Below the pieces are notes generated by a model, which saw nothing but the letters and a program-made list of their open reading frames with translations, searched no databases and had not been told where the DNA came from. This document shows, in pieces, positions 60,356 to 64,000 of a stretch of DNA of 64,000 nt. This stretch comes from Macrostomum lignano (lineage: Eukaryota), in assembly GCA_002269645.1 (NCBI GenBank), contig NIVC01000224.1, positions 62,001 to 126,000 of the forward strand, written 5' to 3'. The translations under genes and the position numbers were made by a program. Each line of letters begins with the position of its first letter. Position 1 is the stretch's first letter.

Positions 60356-60467
60356 ATTCTCCCCAACCAGAGAGATCCCAGGGGATAGAAAAACGAGCTC
60401 AATTACTCAGTTACTACCGGCCCAAACCCCAAAGCAATCAAAGCGGCCAGCCCAGCCCGCCCTAGGA

Positions 60468-63400
60468 TCACAATTTGTAGCTGAGCACTCTGTTACGGGC
60501 AGCTCTTGGATGTTCTCGCGTGGCGATGCTACCGCTGGGTAGACCGGCGGGCTCTCCGGCAGGTTGGCCGGCAGGTTGGCCGGCAGGTTCGCCGGCAGGT
60601 TGGCCGGCAGGCTCTCCGGCAGGCTGGCCGGCAGGCTGGCCGGCAGGCTGGCCGGCAGGCTCTCCGGCAGGCTGGCCGGCAGGCTCTCCGGCAGGTTGGC
60701 CGGCAGGCTCTCCGGCAGGCTGGCCGGCAGGCTCTCCGACCAGGGGCCGCAGCTGCGAGACGTGGCGCATGCAGGACTGTTCGCCGCGTTGCAGGACACA
60801 CGTGTCTCCCTGGACCTGCTTGACTGTCCAAGGATGTGGCTCGAACGGCAGCTGCAGTTTGTTACGTGGCTGCTTCTTTCGCAGAACTTTGTTGCCGACT
60901 CTGACGCCGTGCTCCTTGACACCCTTGCGATCATCGAAGCGCGCCTTCATGTCTTGGACATAGTTTCTGTGCCAGCTCTGCACCTCTTCATGGTTAACGT
61001 CGATGAACTGTGATGGTTTGATGGTCGGGATGCCGTTGTTCATCGTCCTGCCCATGAGTAGCTCAGCAGGTGCGCGGCCAGTCGCTCGATGTGGTGTCGT
61101 GCGGAACGCCAACAGCCAGTCCTCGATAGCCTTCCGCCAGTTACGACCTTCGGCCACTGCCGTCTGAATCACTTTCCCGATGCTACGGTTGACTCGCTCC
61201 GTCGCTCCGTTGGATTCTGGGTGCAGCGGGCAGATGAGGCGGTGGTGAATGCCGTACGAAGCGAGGAAGCTGCGGAAAGCTGCCGAGCTGAATGGCGGGC
61301 CGTTGTCGGTGACCACCTCAATCGGGACGCTGTATCTGCCGAACAGCCTCCGCAGGTGGGGGGTCACGCTCTCCGCCGTCGTCGAGTTGAGAAAATTGAT
61401 TTCTGGGTATTTTGAATACAAGTCGGTGGTGACCAGGAGCATCTGGCCCTGCACTGGGCCGTAGAAATCCATGCCTAGTAGCAGCCAGGCACCGTCCGGA
61501 ATATCTGTCGGCCTCAATGGTGTCTGTCGCAATCCGGTGGCCGCAGCCTGGCACAGTGTGCAGCACTGGACGAAGAGCTCGCAGTCGCTGCGCATCCGAG
61601 GCCACCACACCTTCCGTCTGCAGGCGTTTAAGGGTGCGATCGGCGCCCAGATGACCGGTGTGCGCCAGTTGAAGGATCGGCCTGCGCAGCGACTCGGGGA
61701 TGACGATGAGGTCACCGCGGAGTAATGCTCCGTCGCTTTCCGACAGTTCGCCGCTGATGGACTTGAAGGAGCGCTGGGCTGCCGCTCGCATGTCCCAGCG
61801 GCCGGTTCGAATCGTGTTCAGCGCCGCCTGGACGTCCCTGTCGGTGCGCGATGCTTCCCGAACCTATTCGAGACTGAAGCCCTTTGGCACGGCCCCGGTC
61901 GACACGGCGTTGATGAAGGCGGCGTCGAGCTCTTCACCTACATTCCGACGCCGCTCTGGCAGTGGCTGCCGACTCAGCAGGTCAGCCGGGTTGGTCGAGC
62001 CTGGCCGGTAGAGCAGGTTGAAGCGGAGATGCTGAATGCGCAGCGCCATTCGCTCGATCCGCGGTGGCGGACGGGAGCCAGGCTTGAAAAGCGGCACGAG
62101 CGGTCGGTGTCCGTCACCACGGTGAAGTCTGGGTCGCCAGCCAGATAGTGCTCAAACTTGAGACACCCAAATTTGATGGCCAACGCCTCCCGCTCGATCT
62201 GCGCGTACCGCTGCTCCACCGGCGAGAGGGCTCTGCTGGCGTAGGCGACGGGTCTGCTGTTGCCGTCTGGCTGCCGCTGCGTGAGGATGGCGCCGAGGCC
62301 GATCGGAGATGCGTCCACCAGGAGCTCCGTGTGCAGCCTGCGGTCGAAAAAGGCCAGCGTGTCCGCGTCTGAGAATGCCTTCTTGATGCCGTTAAACGCC
62401 GCTGTATGTTTTTCTGTCCACTCCGAGGCTTGGCCCTTCTTCGTTAGCTGCCGGAGTGGGGCCGCGAGGTCAGCGAAGCTTGGGATGAACTTTGCCAGGA
62501 AGTTAGCGGTTCCCAGGAAAGAGCGGACGTGGGCCACGTTGGAGGGCTCTCGGAAGTTCTGCATGGCGTCAATTTTCTCGGTGGCCGGTTGCATGCCCCG
62601 GGCGGTCAGGCGCATCCCAAGAAACTCGACAGTCGGCCGGGCGAACCTGCACTTGTCCTGATTGAGGGTGATCCCGAACTCTCGGAGGCGCTGAAGGCAG
62701 GCGTCCAGCCTCTCATGGTGCTGCTTCAGGTCGGAGGCGTATACCACCACGTCGTCGTGCGCCCACTGGACGCCGTCGATGCCGCTGAGGATGCCAAGCA
62801 TGACTCGTTGAAGGATTTCCGAGGCATTTGTGAACCCCATGCTGAGCCTCTTGAGCCGCATCAGTCCGAGGGGCGTGCTGAAGGTGAAGAGGTGACGGCT
62901 GCTCTCGTGGACTGGGATCTGATAAAAAGCCTTCCGGATATCGAGTTCGCTGAACAGCTTGGCGTCTGCCATTTCCTCGGTGATTTCATCCAGCGTGGGG
63001 ATTTGCTGCTTCTCTGGGATGACGAAAGCGTTGAGATCACGGAGGTCCTGGCAGATTGAACGCCACCGTCGTCCTTGGGCACCACCACCATGCGTGACAC
63101 CCAGGCGCTAGGACCTTTGACTGCCTCAATGATGCCCTGCTCCTCCAAAGCCTTGAGCTCGTCAACTACGGCCTCTTTCAGGTGCGCCGCCACACGTGAG
63201 GGCACCTGGCAGACTGGAACAGCGTCATCGGACAGCTGGATCTGGACCTCTACACCCTTGATGCAGCCGATGCCGTTGAAGACTTCTTTGTGCCTCTGCA
63301 GGATGGCCTTGAGCTGGGGGTCGCTACACTGCTCGGAGGGTGTGGTGTAGGCGATGGCGTTTATGTTTTGCGGTTTGGTAGCTTCAGGTCGCTGGATCTT

Positions 63401-64000
63401 CAGCACTCCTAGCTTGAATGCGGGCTGACGCCCCAGTATCGTCAGGCCGTCGCCGTCCATGATGTGGAAGGTCGCGGTTGTTCTGGCAGATCCCACTTGG
63501 ATGTCAAGATCGGCGGTACCCACAATCCTGAGAGGTGTCGGTACCCGTAGGCGCGAACTTCGGCTCTTGTTGGGCGTGGGCTTGGCAGGCTGAGCGCTCT
63601 GAAGGTGCCGAGACTCATGATACTGCAGCTGGCTCCGCTGTCAATCATCATGGGAAGCTGCCGGTTTGGCACCTGCCACCAGACGTCAGTGAGACGTCGG
63701 ATGGGTATTTGTCGGGTTGTACAGCGCGAACACATCCTCGTTGACGGAGCCGTCGGCAGCTGTGAATACAGCATTGGTGCTGATTTGCTGCTGTGGGATC
63801 CGGCTGCTGTTTGACTGCCGAGGCTGACGGCAGGCAAGAGCGAGGTGGTTGGGCTCACCGCAGTTGTGGCAGATCTTGCCCTTGGCAGCGTCGCAGGTAG
63901 CGTGGCCTTTCTCGCCGCAGCGGTAGCAGGTGCGCTGCTGCTGGTCGCCGGGCCTGCTGGTCGTCTGAGCCGGGCCACGCCTGTTCGTTCTCACCTTGTC
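60468..64000 (-). pseudogene. Disrupted gag-pol of the Gypsy element
   Basis: Frame changes near 63700, 63540, 63060, 62105 and 61625, plus an in-frame TAG at 61864-61866 (GFSLE*VREAS). Confidence 0.85.
60544..60740 (-). repeat. 12-bp in-frame repeat (GEPA/GQPA, about 16 copies) at the integrase C-terminus
   Basis: GCCGGCAGGYTK units within ORF 60468..61715. Confidence 0.92.

Larger units (their letters stand above)
60131..64000 (-). mobile_element. Ty3/Gypsy LTR retrotransposon (gag C-terminus, PR, RT, RNase H, INT, 3' LTR), running off the window end
   Basis: Two CCHC knuckles, IDSGA protease, RT AHDD, LVDASPIGLGAIL RNase H, integrase GH..C..C / MDFYGP / DNGPPF / SNGATER. The order PR-RT-RH-INT is that of Ty3/Gypsy. 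Confidence 0.95.

Overview
Eukaryotic (animal) genomic DNA, very rich in micro- and minisatellites. Short spliceosomal introns and CpG-rich coding islands in an AT-rich, tandem-repeat-laden background suggest an invertebrate such as a free-living flatworm (inference only). Main content: (1) A minus-strand multi-exon gene at about 828-21832, rebuilt by hand from GT/AG sites and reading-phase continuity. It encodes a giant single-pass transmembrane mucin-like protein: a ~10 kb Thr/Ala/Pro/Ser exon, a KIAA1549/UPF0606-like juxtamembrane domain with an R6 furin-type site, a TM helix and a long disordered cytoplasmic tail. (2) A Penelope-like retroelement (minus, 38744-45114) inside a (GA)n tract. 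It has two ~1.16 kb pseudo-LTR copies, each with a minimal hammerhead ribozyme and a (TC)n tail. It also has an upstream ORF1 with an SGNH/GDSL-like domain and an RT + GIY-YIG ORF2 that lacks an early AUG. ORF2 lies in the -1 frame of an A-AAA-AAC slippery site at the ORF1 stop. This element is the best candidate for an undescribed system. It sits in the middle copy of a triplicated ~1.3 kb unit. (3) An intronless class A peptide GPCR (55505-56791, +). (4) A decayed Ty3/Gypsy LTR retrotransposon (minus, 60131 to the window end) with its 3' LTR and PPT. (5) A 38-bp TIR element with an 8-bp TSD, and about 20 tandem-repeat arrays. No rRNA, tRNA or CRISPR array is supported. Family assignments rest on motif recognition from memory, not on database searches.
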